The notes below the pieces were generated by a model. It was not told the origin of the DNA and did not search any database. It saw only the letters and a list, made by a program, of their open reading frames with translations. Shown here one piece after another: positions 40,783-50,724 of a stretch of DNA of 64,000 nucleotides; position 1 is the stretch's first letter; every line of letters starts with the position of its first letter. The translations under genes and the position numbers were made by a program. The DNA is from Phycisphaerae bacterium (GTDB lineage Bacteria > Planctomycetota > Phycisphaerae > UBA1845 > Fen-1342), in the NCBI GenBank assembly GCA_963675745.2, contig CAXXWX010000019.1, forward strand, positions 192,001 to 256,000, written 5' to 3'.

Positions 40783-43517
40783 GCCTTCCTCCCCTTGGCC
40801 GATTCGTAATAGACCCACATCGGCGACGACTTCATGATCAACGCGGTGAAGGCCAGGATGATGACGAACAGAATCCACGCCAACGCCGAGGCATAGCCCA
40901 GGCGGTATTTGAAAAACGCCTCGCGGAACAGGTGCAAACCATAAAACAGCGCCGAGTCGCTGGGGCCGGTCCCGCCGTCGAAGAGCACAAACGCCACGTT
41001 GAACACCTGAAACGAGCCGATGACACCCATGATCAGGTTGAAGAAGATCACCGGCGAGAGCATGGGGATCGTCACGTTTCGCAGACGCTGCCAGCGACTC
41101 GCTCCGTCGATCTCGGCGGCCTCGTAGAGCTGTGTCGGGATGCTCTGCAAGCCGGCCAGGTAGATGATCATGCCACCCCCGACAGCCCACAGCGCCATTA
41201 CCACGAATATGTAGGGCGTCACGTGCTCGTCATCCAGCCAGGCAATCGGATAGCGCGCGCCGATCATGTCCGCCAGCGTCTGAATCCACCCGGGGCGCAA
41301 CCACCACGTCGGATGCAGGTACGTCAACTGCGACCCGTTACTAAGCGCTGCCTGAGCCTGATACACTGCGGACAGCACCCATCCACGATCCGGCGCCACC
41401 ATCCACCACCATACGGCCGCCGCGCCCAGCGACAGTCCAATAGCTGGGAAGACACGCCCGACCGCGCGGCCGCTCCGGTCGGCAGGCCCGCGCTTGAGCA
41501 ATCGAATGGCCAGCACGAGCGTCACGGCACCGACGACGATCGCGAAGAGCTGCGCCGGATTGGCCGGATTCGCCCAGGCGAGCATGCGGTTTACCCAGCC
41601 GTGGTTCTTGTCAAACAGGTGCCACCACAAGACCGCCGCCGCCACCGACGGCAGCACCGCCGGGATGTAGTACAGCGTGCGAAAAACCGCGATCCCCTTG
41701 ACGGCCTGGTTCATCAGGATCGCGACCGCCAGCCCGGCGACCAGCCCGGCCGGCACCGCCAGCAGCGCATAGCGGAGGGTCACCCACAGCGAGGTCCAGA
41801 ATTTCGGGTCGGTTCCGCTCAGCGCGACCTGGTAGTTCTCCACACCGATAAACTCCGCCTGTGTGAAATCCGACAAGGACTGCCACTGGGCGAACGACAG
41901 CGTGATCGACACCAGGATCGGAAACGCCGCGAAGATCAGGAATCCAAGCACCCACGGTGCGATCAACGCATAACCCCAACGCTCCTCGGCGAGCTGTAAT
42001 TTCGAGCGCCCTTTCCGTGGCCGTGAGATCAGGCGGTAGATCAGCACTACGATCGGCACCAAGGCCAGCAGCAGGGCCGCGATACCAAAGGTGTGGGCGC
42101 CGCGCACCGCGCGATCGCGGTGCAGGACGATATTGCCACGCTTGGTGATCCGGGCGGCGGCATCGGCCGGCGTCAGCTCCGTGCGCGGACGCAGCAGCAG
42201 ATCGTGAAATGTGTCGTTGATCACCTCGTAGATGTCGCCGTAATACGCCGTCGTGCTGTAGGGCGCCAGCGCATAGCCGTTGTCGATGTCATGCGTCAAA
42301 ACCCAGCGACTGGCCGGCTTCTGCGTCGGGTCCACCACCCCGCGCTCCCGCAGGATCGACCGGCGGGTGGGCAGAAATACCTGGTGATTGCGCATGATGC
42401 GCATGCCTTCATCGCTGACGAGGAACTTCAGGTATGCCAGCGCCGCCTCCGGAGCCGCCGACCCCGATGTGACGCCCATGCCGTTCGGGAAATTGACCGA
42501 CGCGCGCGTGCCGTCCGGGCCGCGCGGCAAGACGGCGACGTCCCAATCCAGTTCACGGGCCTGATCGTTGAGCGTCGCGGCGTAGAACACACCCCACAAC
42601 ATCATGCCCAGCGTGCCCTTGCTGAAACTGATATTGCGCGCGTTTTCGCCCTCACCGGTCGGCACGACGCCGTCCGTGTACTTGAGGTCATAAAGGAACT
42701 GGAGCGCCTCGATGGTGCGCGGGTCGTCGGCCACGACCCTGTCTCCGGCCTCATTGACCAGGCGCCCGCCATTCTGCCGGATGAAGCACTCCACCCCGTG
42801 CTGCCACCAGGCGAACTGAAATCCGTAGCTGCTGACGCGTGTTTCGTCGAAACCCGCCTGATCGGGGCGCCGGCCCTGCACATCGCGCGTCAGCGCCAGG
42901 GCTTTTTCGCGCAAATCGTCCCAATCCCAGTTCTCCGTCGGGTACGGGACGTTGTAACGATCAAACAGGTCCTTGGAATAATAAATAATGAACGGCGTGT
43001 AGCTTACGGGAATCGCATACAGCTTCTTCTGACCGTCAACCGTCCGCAGAAACGGCTTCGCCATCGCTTCGATGTAGTCAGGCGGCGGCTGGCCGGGCTC
43101 ATCAAACAGAATCGACCCGAACGCTCGGCGCAACACAGGGTCGTCGGCGATAAACGGCACCAGGTCGCGCAAAACGCCGGACTGGATGTAGTAGTCCGCC
43201 GTGTCACAGGGCACTTGCAGCAGATCAGGGGCGCAACCGGCGGCGATCATCGTGTCCGCTTTGCGCGTCACGTTGCTGCGGATTACGTTCAGGTGAATAT
43301 CGGGATGCAGCCGCTCAAACGCCGCCCGCAGTTCCTTCATCTCGGCCCGGTCGCGCTTGTACCCGCCCTTGCAGAAGGTGATGACGGTCTTGTCGGGTGG
43401 AATCTCGGTCGTCCCGCGTGAGAACAGGCCGCAGGCGACGGCGATGACCAGGCACCCGCCGACGAGGGCGGTAATCCATGGATCGCTGTTCGAGATGGTC
43501 TGCCAGATCATCCGCAT
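40779..43517 (-). CDS. Fused extracellular solute-binding protein + carbohydrate ABC permease (MalF-like)
   Basis: N-terminal SBP (APDLLQ, YAIP, YYSKDLFD, WDWDDL, DWDVAVLP); C-terminal FRTLYYIP, LYEAAEIDGA, LGYASALAW. Confidence 0.9.
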   Translation of the reverse strand: MRMIWQTISNSDPWITALVGGCLVIAVACGLFSRGTTEIPPDKTVITFCKGGYKRDRAEMKELRAAFERLHPDIHLNVIRSNVTRKADTMIAAGCAPDLLQVPCDTADYYIQSGVLRDLVPFIADDPVLRRAFGSILFDEPGQPPPDYIEAMAKPFLRTVDGQKKLYAIPVSYTPFIIYYSKDLFDRYNVPYPTENWDWDDLREKALALTRDVQGRRPDQAGFDETRVSSYGFQFAWWQHGVECFIRQNGGRLVNEAGDRVVADDPRTIEALQFLYDLKYTDGVVPTGEGENARNISFSKGTLGMMLWGVFYAATLNDQARELDWDVAVLPRGPDGTRASVNFPNGMGVTSGSAAPEAALAYLKFLVSDEGMRIMRNHQVFLPTRRSILRERGVVDPTQKPASRWVLTHDIDNGYALAPYSTTAYYGDIYEVINDTFHDLLLRPRTELTPADAAARITKRGNIVLHRDRAVRGAHTFGIAALLLALVPIVVLIYRLISRPRKGRSKLQLAEERWGYALIAPWVLGFLIFAAFPILVSITLSFAQWQSLSDFTQAEFIGVENYQVALSGTDPKFWTSLWVTLRYALLAVPAGLVAGLAVAILMNQAVKGIAVFRTLYYIPAVLPSVAAAVLWWHLFDKNHGWVNRMLAWANPANPAQLFAIVVGAVTLVLAIRLLKRGPADRSGRAVGRVFPAIGLSLGAAAVWWWMVAPDRGWVLSAVYQAQAALSNGSQLTYLHPTWWLRPGWIQTLADMIGARYPIAWLDDEHVTPYIFVVMALWAVGGGMIIYLAGLQSIPTQLYEAAEIDGASRWQRLRNVTIPMLSPVIFFNLIMGVIGSFQVFNVAFVLFDGGTGPSDSALFYGLHLFREAFFKYRLGYASALAWILFVIILAFTALIMKSSPMWVYYESAKGRKA

Positions 43518-43845
43518 CTGAGCGAAGATACCGTTTCATGTCGCGGCTAGCAAAACATACACGCGATTTCATGGCTACGCCGACGACACGCGCCAAACGC
43601 CCGCCGGCTCTGATAACACACCCGCGGCAAACCCACGAGACCACGCGCCGGCCAATAACCCATGACTTGCCGCGAATCACCAATAGCCGATTTAAGCGTA
43701 TCACGAAACCGCGGCCAACGGCGTTTGCCGGGCCACCCGGTTTTCACTTGGGTAGCGGCCCGTTACAGTGTTTAGCGATACGCGCCGGGTGAACGCGCCA
43801 GGCCGTGGCACGTTCCCGCGCCCTCCCACACAGGAGCACGTCGTT

Positions 43846-46395
43846 ATGCGCGAATTCAGTCCGCTCGCCATATTCCTCGGAATCGTGATCGGCATCGTTT
43901 TCGGTGCCGCCAACGCGTACATCGGGCTGAAAGTCGGCATGACGGTCAGTGCGTCGATCCCCGCCGCCGTCATCTCGATGGGCATCCTGCGGGCCCTGCT
44001 GAAACGCGGCACGATTCTCGAAAACAACATGGTGCAGACGATCGGCTCAGTCGGCGAGAGCCTCGCCGCCGGCATGATCTTCGTTATCCCGGCGCTCTTC
44101 ATCTTCGCCGTCGCCGAGCACAAGCCCGACATGGCCCCGAATTTCTGGGAAATCGCGGTCTGGGGCGGACTGGGTGGCTTGCTTGGTGTCCTGTTCATGG
44201 TGCCCCTCCGCCGCATGCTGATCGTCAAAGAGCACGGCAAGCTGCCGTTCCCCGAGGGCACGGCCTGTGCAGAGGTGCTCGAATCAGGTGATCGCGGCGG
44301 CAAGGCGGCCAAGACCGTGTTCGCCGGGTTGGGTGTCGGCGCCCTGTTTGAGCTGGTTCGCGGACTGGGTTTTTTCAGAGACGTGGCCACACAAAGACTG
44401 CCCCTGCTGCGCACCGCCGCCGGGCTCGACACGTCGCCGGCGCTGCTCGGCGTCGGGTACATCCTGGGAATCCGCGTGGCCGGCTATATGCTCGGTGGAG
44501 CGGTGCTCGGCTGGTTCGTCATCATCCCCGCCATCGCTTTCTTCGGGGCGAGTAACCCCGACGTCATCTTCCCCGCCGCCGACCGCATCGCCGAGATGGC
44601 CCCCGACGACATCTGGGGCAAATACGTTCGTTACATCGGTGCCGGGGCCGTCGTTTTCGGCGGAATCATCTCGCTGCTGCGCAGCCTGGGCACCATTGGC
44701 GGGTCGGTCTTCCATCTGTTCGGCGGGCGCGGCAGCAGCGAACGCACCGACCGCGACATCCCGACCTTCGTGCTCCTGCTGCTTGTCATCGGCCTCGGTG
44801 CGGCGATGTGGTATCTGCCGGGCGTCAAGATCGCGGGGCCAGACGGGCCGGCGACGGTCCCGCTGCTGCACGAGTTATTCAAGCACATTCCGGTGATCGC
44901 CTGCGTGATCGGATTCGGATTCTTCTTCGTAACCGTGTCGTCACGCCTCGTCGGTATCGTCGGCAGCTCTTCCAACCCAGCTTCCGGCATGACTATCGCG
45001 ACCATCCTCGGCACGGCCCTCATCATCGTCGCCCTGTCACAGACGATGGGGCTAGATGCCACCGCCCAGAAAGTCGCCATCATCGCCGTCGGTTCGCTCG
45101 TGTGCATCGCGATCTGCATCGCCGGCGACACCTCACAAGACCTGAAAACCGGCTACCTTGTCAAGGCTACCCCCTGGAAGCAGCAGATCGGCGAGCTGAT
45201 CGGCGTGTTGACTGCGACGGTCGCGCTGGCGGGCGTGATCTGGCTCATTAAGGGTCAATACGGATTCTCGGAGACCGTTGACACGCCCAATCCCGTGCCA
45301 GCTTATCAAGCCAATCTCATGAAGATGGTCGTGCAGGGCGTGGTTGACCAGCAGTTGCCCTGGAACTTCATCTTCATCGGCATGGCCGCCGCCCTGATCG
45401 TCGAGATGCTTGGCCTGCCCGCTCTGCCATTCGCCGTCGGACTCTATCTGCCGCTCAACCTGTCAATGCCAATCATGGCTGGAGGCGTCATTCGCTGGGC
45501 CATCGATCGCATCCATCGCGGCCGCAAGTCGTCGGAAGCGCAAGACCCCGGCATCCTGGCCTCTTCCGGTCTGGTGGCCGGACACGGTGTGATGGGTGTG
45601 GTACTGGTCGGCGTCACGGCGCTGATTGGTTGGTGGTGGGCCGACCCGTACTTCGCCGAGCCCAAGTATTACGAACCCGCCAAGGCCTGGGTCGCGTTCG
45701 ACAAGACCCATGACACTTGGGTCCATCAGGATGGCGACCAGCCGACCGCTTACTTCGATGACGTGACGGAGGATTGGGTTGTCGGTACCCCGCCGGTACC
45801 TGAGACGCAACCGGCCGCGGCAGGCGAAGGCGCGTCACACGCAGTGCGCCCCAAGGGTGAACGCGTCTGGCCCAAGCACCTCATGCCGTGGCTCTCGACG
45901 CGCGTCGGCTTCCTGGACATGGAGTATGGCCTGCGCCAGCTACAATGGGAGCAAGCGCTGCCGGAAGACCCGGCGGAAGCCGCCAAGATCGATCCCGAGA
46001 CCGTCTTCCGCGGCAAGTACGCGATCGACTGGTTCAAGCTGCTGCCGTTGGGGCCGTTTGCGCTCATGGCGTTGTGGCTGTTCATCGTGGCGCTGCGCCG
46101 ACCACCGGAGGTGTCAGTGAGCGTCGCCGGCGCTGCCCCGACGCCCTTGGGGCCGGCCGCACATCCTGACTACACACCCCCGGCAGAACCAGCCGTACCG
46201 TCGGGGTCGCCGCCCGCGGAGCCCGCGCCGCTCGGCGGAAGAGTTGCCCCCGATTCGGGTCATAGCGCCGGAGGACACCAAACCGATCCTGATGGACGAA
46301 CCCGAAGAGCAGCTTCTAAGCGAGTCGCCGCCGCCACGGCCGGCGCCCGATGCGGCAAGGAAATCAATCTTCTCATCCGAACAGACGCCGGATGA
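43846..46395 (+). CDS. Oligopeptide transporter, OPT family
   Basis: AGGAG RBS; ANAYIGLKVG, ENNMVQT, LPFPEGTACA, SSNPASG, DTSQDLKTG, GLYLP. The tail may be frameshifted. Confidence 0.92.
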   Translation: MREFSPLAIFLGIVIGIVFGAANAYIGLKVGMTVSASIPAAVISMGILRALLKRGTILENNMVQTIGSVGESLAAGMIFVIPALFIFAVAEHKPDMAPNFWEIAVWGGLGGLLGVLFMVPLRRMLIVKEHGKLPFPEGTACAEVLESGDRGGKAAKTVFAGLGVGALFELVRGLGFFRDVATQRLPLLRTAAGLDTSPALLGVGYILGIRVAGYMLGGAVLGWFVIIPAIAFFGASNPDVIFPAADRIAEMAPDDIWGKYVRYIGAGAVVFGGIISLLRSLGTIGGSVFHLFGGRGSSERTDRDIPTFVLLLLVIGLGAAMWYLPGVKIAGPDGPATVPLLHELFKHIPVIACVIGFGFFFVTVSSRLVGIVGSSSNPASGMTIATILGTALIIVALSQTMGLDATAQKVAIIAVGSLVCIAICIAGDTSQDLKTGYLVKATPWKQQIGELIGVLTATVALAGVIWLIKGQYGFSETVDTPNPVPAYQANLMKMVVQGVVDQQLPWNFIFIGMAAALIVEMLGLPALPFAVGLYLPLNLSMPIMAGGVIRWAIDRIHRGRKSSEAQDPGILASSGLVAGHGVMGVVLVGVTALIGWWWADPYFAEPKYYEPAKAWVAFDKTHDTWVHQDGDQPTAYFDDVTEDWVVGTPPVPETQPAAAGEGASHAVRPKGERVWPKHLMPWLSTRVGFLDMEYGLRQLQWEQALPEDPAEAAKIDPETVFRGKYAIDWFKLLPLGPFALMALWLFIVALRRPPEVSVSVAGAAPTPLGPAAHPDYTPPAEPAVPSGSPPAEPAPLGGRVAPDSGHSAGGHQTDPDGRTRRAASKRVAAATAGARCGKEINLLIRTDAG

Positions 46396-46533
46396 CGAAG
46401 ATAAGCCGGATGAGGGTTGAAACATAGACAGCCCGCCGTGCCGGCTTGAACATGGCGGGGGCGCCACGGCTTGCGGTCGGGCACAGACTGCGCGCGGAGC
46501 ATAGCGTGCCTGATGCCGTGCGAGCGCGTGATC

Positions 46534-48069
46534 CTATGCCTGGTCGGTCACGAAGGGCTCCCAGCGCTCGCGCGGCGGCGGCGCGGTCAGCAGACTGACA
46601 ACCACCAAGAGCGCGATCGATGCCACCATCGCCGGCAAAACCGCGTCCAGGGCCGCGATGCTCGCCGGTATGCGCCCGTATTCCAGCAGTGTGTTCCAGC
46701 CGATCGTGACGCCGATTCCGCTCGCTATCCCGGCCGCGGCCCCCGCTCCAGTCGCCCGCCTCCAGAAGAATGTCGCCATGAGCGCCGGCGTTATCGAAGC
46801 CCCGTACACCGTGTAGGCCCAGAGTGCGACTTCGAAGAATCTGGCACTGAACACCGACACAAAGAACGCGACGCCGCCCAACACCACGACAGCAATCCGC
46901 GAGGCAAAAACCAACCTGTGCTGCGCTGCCTGCGGATTGACAAACCGGTGATACACGTCGCGCACCAGCGAGTTTGAACACACGAGCAGGAATGAATCCG
47001 CCGTCGACACGATAATCGCCACCGCCGCCGCCAGCACGGCCGCCGCCAGTGCCATCGGGAAGTGCCGATAGGCCGCGATGATGATGACGTGTCCAAAGCG
47101 ATCTTCAGCCAGATTCGGTTCAACCGCGCTGGCCACAAGCGCCAGCAGAATGATCGCCACCTCCACTATCGCCACCGCCCCGACCAGCAGCCACGCCGCA
47201 CGCTTCGCCGTGCGCGGGTCGCGGGCGGCGAAGAACCGTTGATACAGATTGGCCTCGCCCATCACCAGCAGCATAGCCGGCAGCATGTAATTGACAGCCC
47301 GAATACCGCCGATCGGGCCGAACAGCTTGAGCTTGTCTGGAGCGTCGGCGAAAGCCGTTTCCATCCCCGCAACCCCACCGACGTTGCCGAACAACAGTGG
47401 CAGGCCGATGGCGATGCCGATCAGTATCACGATACCGTTGATCACGTCGGTGTACGCGACTGAGACGAGGCCGCCGAGCACCGTGTAGCCGATGATGAAC
47501 ACCGCGGCCAACACGCTGCCCCACGATGCGTCTGCCCACGCAGTGTGCGCGCGCAGAAAACCGTCCAGTTCGGCGAAGTGCGCCCCGCACCACTCGGCCA
47601 GGCCCGGGTAGATCGTGTGGATCACAGCCCCGCCGGCGCGATACTGATAGCTGACGATGGTCAGATAGGCCGTGATGATCGCCACCGTGCCGAGGATACG
47701 CGGTACCACGCCAAAACGCCGTTCCAGAATATCCTGCACGGTGAGTTTTTCGAATCGGCGCACGCGTCCGGCCACTGTCGCCAGAATGAATATCCCCACC
47801 ACGCTGCCAATCGGCATCAAGACCATCGCCAGGCCGAGCTGGTACGTCTTTTGCGCGTTACCGATCAGGCTGCCCGTGCCAATCCAGGTTGCCAGCATCG
47901 TGCCGACGAGGATTGGAATGGACAGGCGGCGTCCCGCCACCGCGAAATCTTCCTGCGTCCGAATTCGCCGTGAATGCCAGGCGCCGTACCCGATCAGTGC
48001 CAGCAGGTACGTGAGAATCAACACCGCAATCAAGTGCGGCGAGTTCGCGGCGGATGCGAGCAGTACCAT
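46534..48069 (-). CDS. Sodium:solute symporter family protein
   Basis: DFAVAGR, ATWIGTG, YTVLGGLVSVAYTD, QRFFAA, STADS. Confidence 0.92.
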   Translation of the reverse strand: MVLLASAANSPHLIAVLILTYLLALIGYGAWHSRRIRTQEDFAVAGRRLSIPILVGTMLATWIGTGSLIGNAQKTYQLGLAMVLMPIGSVVGIFILATVAGRVRRFEKLTVQDILERRFGVVPRILGTVAIITAYLTIVSYQYRAGGAVIHTIYPGLAEWCGAHFAELDGFLRAHTAWADASWGSVLAAVFIIGYTVLGGLVSVAYTDVINGIVILIGIAIGLPLLFGNVGGVAGMETAFADAPDKLKLFGPIGGIRAVNYMLPAMLLVMGEANLYQRFFAARDPRTAKRAAWLLVGAVAIVEVAIILLALVASAVEPNLAEDRFGHVIIIAAYRHFPMALAAAVLAAAVAIIVSTADSFLLVCSNSLVRDVYHRFVNPQAAQHRLVFASRIAVVVLGGVAFFVSVFSARFFEVALWAYTVYGASITPALMATFFWRRATGAGAAAGIASGIGVTIGWNTLLEYGRIPASIAALDAVLPAMVASIALLVVVSLLTAPPPRERWEPFVTDQA

Positions 48070-48229
48070 GGCTGCGGCCTCAAGTGCGTACAAGCAGGAT
48101 TCGATGTGACACTACCGCAGTCTAGCGCCCACCACATACGGATGTCCACCGTGGGGCGCGAGCGTGGCAGCGCGAAGCGCTCCTCCGTTTGCGCGCCGCA
48201 CACCGGAAAATCCTGACCGCTCCAGGGCG

Positions 48230-48258
48230 TTGACAGGCACGCCCCGCGTGGGTATCAC
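48230..48258 (+). promoter_or_regulatory. Putative sigma70 promoter TTGACA-N17-TATCAC
   Basis: Perfect -35 with 17-nt spacing, upstream of small ORF 48318. Confidence 0.55.
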
Positions 48259-48317
48259 CATGCCGATTAGACGTGATCAATGCACTGGCGCGCACCGCGC
48301 TTCTGGGAGACAGAACG

Positions 48318-48428
48318 ATGGCCAATATGCTGGCTGCATTCTTCGAAACATGGCAGATCATTCTCATCGTCGTGCTGGTCATCATCGTTGTGGTCCTGAT
48401 GATCATCAAGAAGAAACAGCAGGGCTAG
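48318..48428 (+). CDS. Small 36-aa single-TM membrane protein (absent from the ORF track)
   Basis: MANMLAAFFETWQIILIVVLVIIVVVLMIIKKKQQG; GGGAGA RBS; GC3-rich codons; upstream promoter. Confidence 0.7.
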   Translation: MANMLAAFFETWQIILIVVLVIIVVVLMIIKKKQQG

Positions 48429-48734
48429 GGTCGTTTCCGCCTCGGCTGTTTCGTGCGCATGCTTCTGTGGCGACACGCATAGTATTCTGGCGGCCCGCGC
48501 CTCGCGGGCCGTCGGCGCTACAGCATCTTCGGAAATGGCTTGATGTGCCACTGCTCTTGAGCAGTGCGGTTTCGATGCCAATCTCACGGCTCACAGAGCC
48601 GCGGCACCCTGCTAAGTCACAGGCCTCCACGAAAACCGCGCTAGCCGGCACTTTCGATGCCCGACGCCCGGCGCGTTGCGGCCATTATCCACCACGTCGC
48701 CATAAGCGCGTACGGCCCGGCCGTCGCCCTTGGG

Positions 48735-49829
48735 TTACGTCTCATCCGTCTTCAGACGCGACAGGGCGAACGTCGCGGCGAATCCCGATGCCACCAGTAT
48801 TGCTGCGATTGAGGCGTTGGCGACGGTGTAGTCGCTCTGCTTACGCTGATTCCAGTGATCCAGAACATATTCGGCAAGCACTTCAACCTCATCGTTTCCA
48901 GCGCCGACTTGGACGCCGGAGATTCCCGGAATGCCCCGCGCCTCTGCGAAAGACCGCAGTGCCGGGGGATCCAGCCGTTCCAGAGCCTTTGCGCCCGGCT
49001 TCTGCCCGAACGGCCACAGGCCGATCACCGACCCCAGCAGGATACCCAGCAGCACGCCATGCGTGGCCCGCCGATAGTGGTGCAGCAGGTACTTGAGCAG
49101 GTTGGATAGGCCGACAATCCCGATCACCGCGCCAATGCCGACCGGCACGACAATCCACAGCGCCTCGCGCACGAGTTGCCAGTCGCGCCCGCGCAGCGCG
49201 TCCTTCAGTTCGTCCACCGTGCCCACGATGCGCTCGTACTGATCGAGGATCAGCAACATGTACGACCCGGAGATGCCGGGTAGCACCATGGTCGTTGAGC
49301 CAACCAGCCCGGACACAAAATCCATGCCGGTGTTGTGCGGCAGGCCGCCGCCCGCCATGAAACGCAGCAACACCACGCCGACCATCAGCAGCAGCCCCGC
49401 CAGCGTGGCAATTACCGCGTCAGAGCGCCAGGGCGTCAGCGAGCGCGACAAAAGCGGCGCCCCGCCGAGCGTCAGCCCGATGAACAGCGCGAACATCGCG
49501 ACCGTGAAATGCAGTAACAGATAGAGGATCACACCCGCCAGGCCGACAATCGCACCGGCCGCGCACAGCCCCACGATTCCCAGAAATACTACGCGGCGAA
49601 CCGAAAAACGCAGCGCCGAAATGTCGGCGACGCTGTCGATGAACTCGTCGTAGACCCCCATCGCCAGGATCATGGTGCCGCCTGATACGCCCGGGATCAG
49701 GTTGGCGATCCCCATCAGCACACCGGCAACCGCCGCCCGTGCCGTGCCTAGAATCCCATGCCGGCGTGGCCCTGCCGCCCGCTCGCCATCCGATGCTGCT
49801 GTCGGGGGTGTCTCTGTCTGATCGCTCAT
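48735..49829 (-). CDS. DUF368 family membrane protein (putative undecaprenyl-phosphate translocase)
   Basis: Two repeats, MGIANLIPGVSGGT and MVLPGISGSYMLL. Confidence 0.9.
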   Translation of the reverse strand: MSDQTETPPTAASDGERAAGPRRHGILGTARAAVAGVLMGIANLIPGVSGGTMILAMGVYDEFIDSVADISALRFSVRRVVFLGIVGLCAAGAIVGLAGVILYLLLHFTVAMFALFIGLTLGGAPLLSRSLTPWRSDAVIATLAGLLLMVGVVLLRFMAGGGLPHNTGMDFVSGLVGSTTMVLPGISGSYMLLILDQYERIVGTVDELKDALRGRDWQLVREALWIVVPVGIGAVIGIVGLSNLLKYLLHHYRRATHGVLLGILLGSVIGLWPFGQKPGAKALERLDPPALRSFAEARGIPGISGVQVGAGNDEVEVLAEYVLDHWNQRKQSDYTVANASIAAILVASGFAATFALSRLKTDET

Positions 49830-49941
49830 GGCGGCAGACTCTAAGCAAACCGCGCCGTGGTGTCTATGTCGCCGCCGACCCGGTATACTGCCGCCAGTCA
49901 CATCGCACGTTCGTCACAGGTACTGTTGCGGGAGCGAATCG

Positions 49942-50487
49942 TTGTCCGCACCACCACCGACCGATCCAACCTGGCCTCAGTTTGCGCGTTCGGTCATCTC
50001 GAATGCCGTGCGCGAAACCGCCGCGCCGCGCATCCCGCCGCCCGCGGATGCTGGCCGTGCGCACAGCGGCGCGTTTGTCACCCTGCGCAAAGCTGAGCGG
50101 CTGCGCGGGTGCATGGGCACGCTTGACCCGTCAATGACCCTGGTTGAAGCGGTGCGCCACGCCGCGGTCAACGCCGCCCTGCACGATCCGCGCTTCCCTC
50201 CACTGCGGCCCGAGGAGCTTCATGACGTCACTGTCGAAGTGTCCGTCCTCTCCGAGCCGCACGCCATGCAATCACTTGATGATCTTGTGCTGGGTCGTCA
50301 CGGGATCATTGTCGAGGCTGGGCACCGGCGCGGCCTGTTTCTTCCACAGGTTGCCACCGACCACAACCTCGACAAGATCGCGTTTCTGAGCCGATGTTGT
50401 TCCGAGAAGGCCGGACTGGCCGCTGATGCCTGGCGTCAGCCCGATACCTCCGTCCAGATCTTCGAAGCCGAGAAGTTCAGCGAGTGA
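49942..50487 (+). CDS. amrA: AMMECR1-domain protein (AmmeMemoRadiSam protein A)
   Basis: GAFVTL..LRGCMG, DPRFPPL..EL, VEVSVLS, GLFLPQVA, KAGL; TTG start after GGAG. Confidence 0.88.
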   Translation: MSAPPPTDPTWPQFARSVISNAVRETAAPRIPPPADAGRAHSGAFVTLRKAERLRGCMGTLDPSMTLVEAVRHAAVNAALHDPRFPPLRPEELHDVTVEVSVLSEPHAMQSLDDLVLGRHGIIVEAGHRRGLFLPQVATDHNLDKIAFLSRCCSEKAGLAADAWRQPDTSVQIFEAEKFSE

Positions 50488-50504
50488 CTGTGTTCGGCGG
50501 CGCT

Positions 50505-50720
50505 TCACTCGGCCGGAGTGCTACGCTGGCCGGCGTCCTCGTGTGCGATCCCCAGAATCAGCGCCACACCCACGCCCAACACCGCCACCACCGTCTCTTC
50601 AGACAGAATCCAGCCGGCTTGCGCCGCGTACGCCACCAGAACCGTTGCCAGTGCTACCTGCACTTTCCGGCTGACGAGCGGCCATAGCCAGCGCCGCCAT
50701 GTCCCTTCGTTATTGCTCAT
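50505..50720 (-). CDS. Small 2-TM holin-like membrane protein
   Basis: 71 aa; LVSRKVQVALA motif, two hydrophobic helices, GIAHEDAG; last gene of the phage-head operon. Confidence 0.6.
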   Translation of the reverse strand: MSNNEGTWRRWLWPLVSRKVQVALATVLVAYAAQAGWILSEETVVAVLGVGVALILGIAHEDAGQRSTPAE

Positions 50721-50724
50721 GCCG

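Noticed and set aside
48164..49096. 310-aa plus-strand ORF
   Set aside because: Arg/Pro-rich low-information translation that overlaps the DUF368 gene and the better-supported 36-aa ORF.
49942..50487. amrA as an attachment site or part of the phage module
   Set aside because: It is intact, convergent to the operon, and no direct repeat was found by eye at the other boundary.
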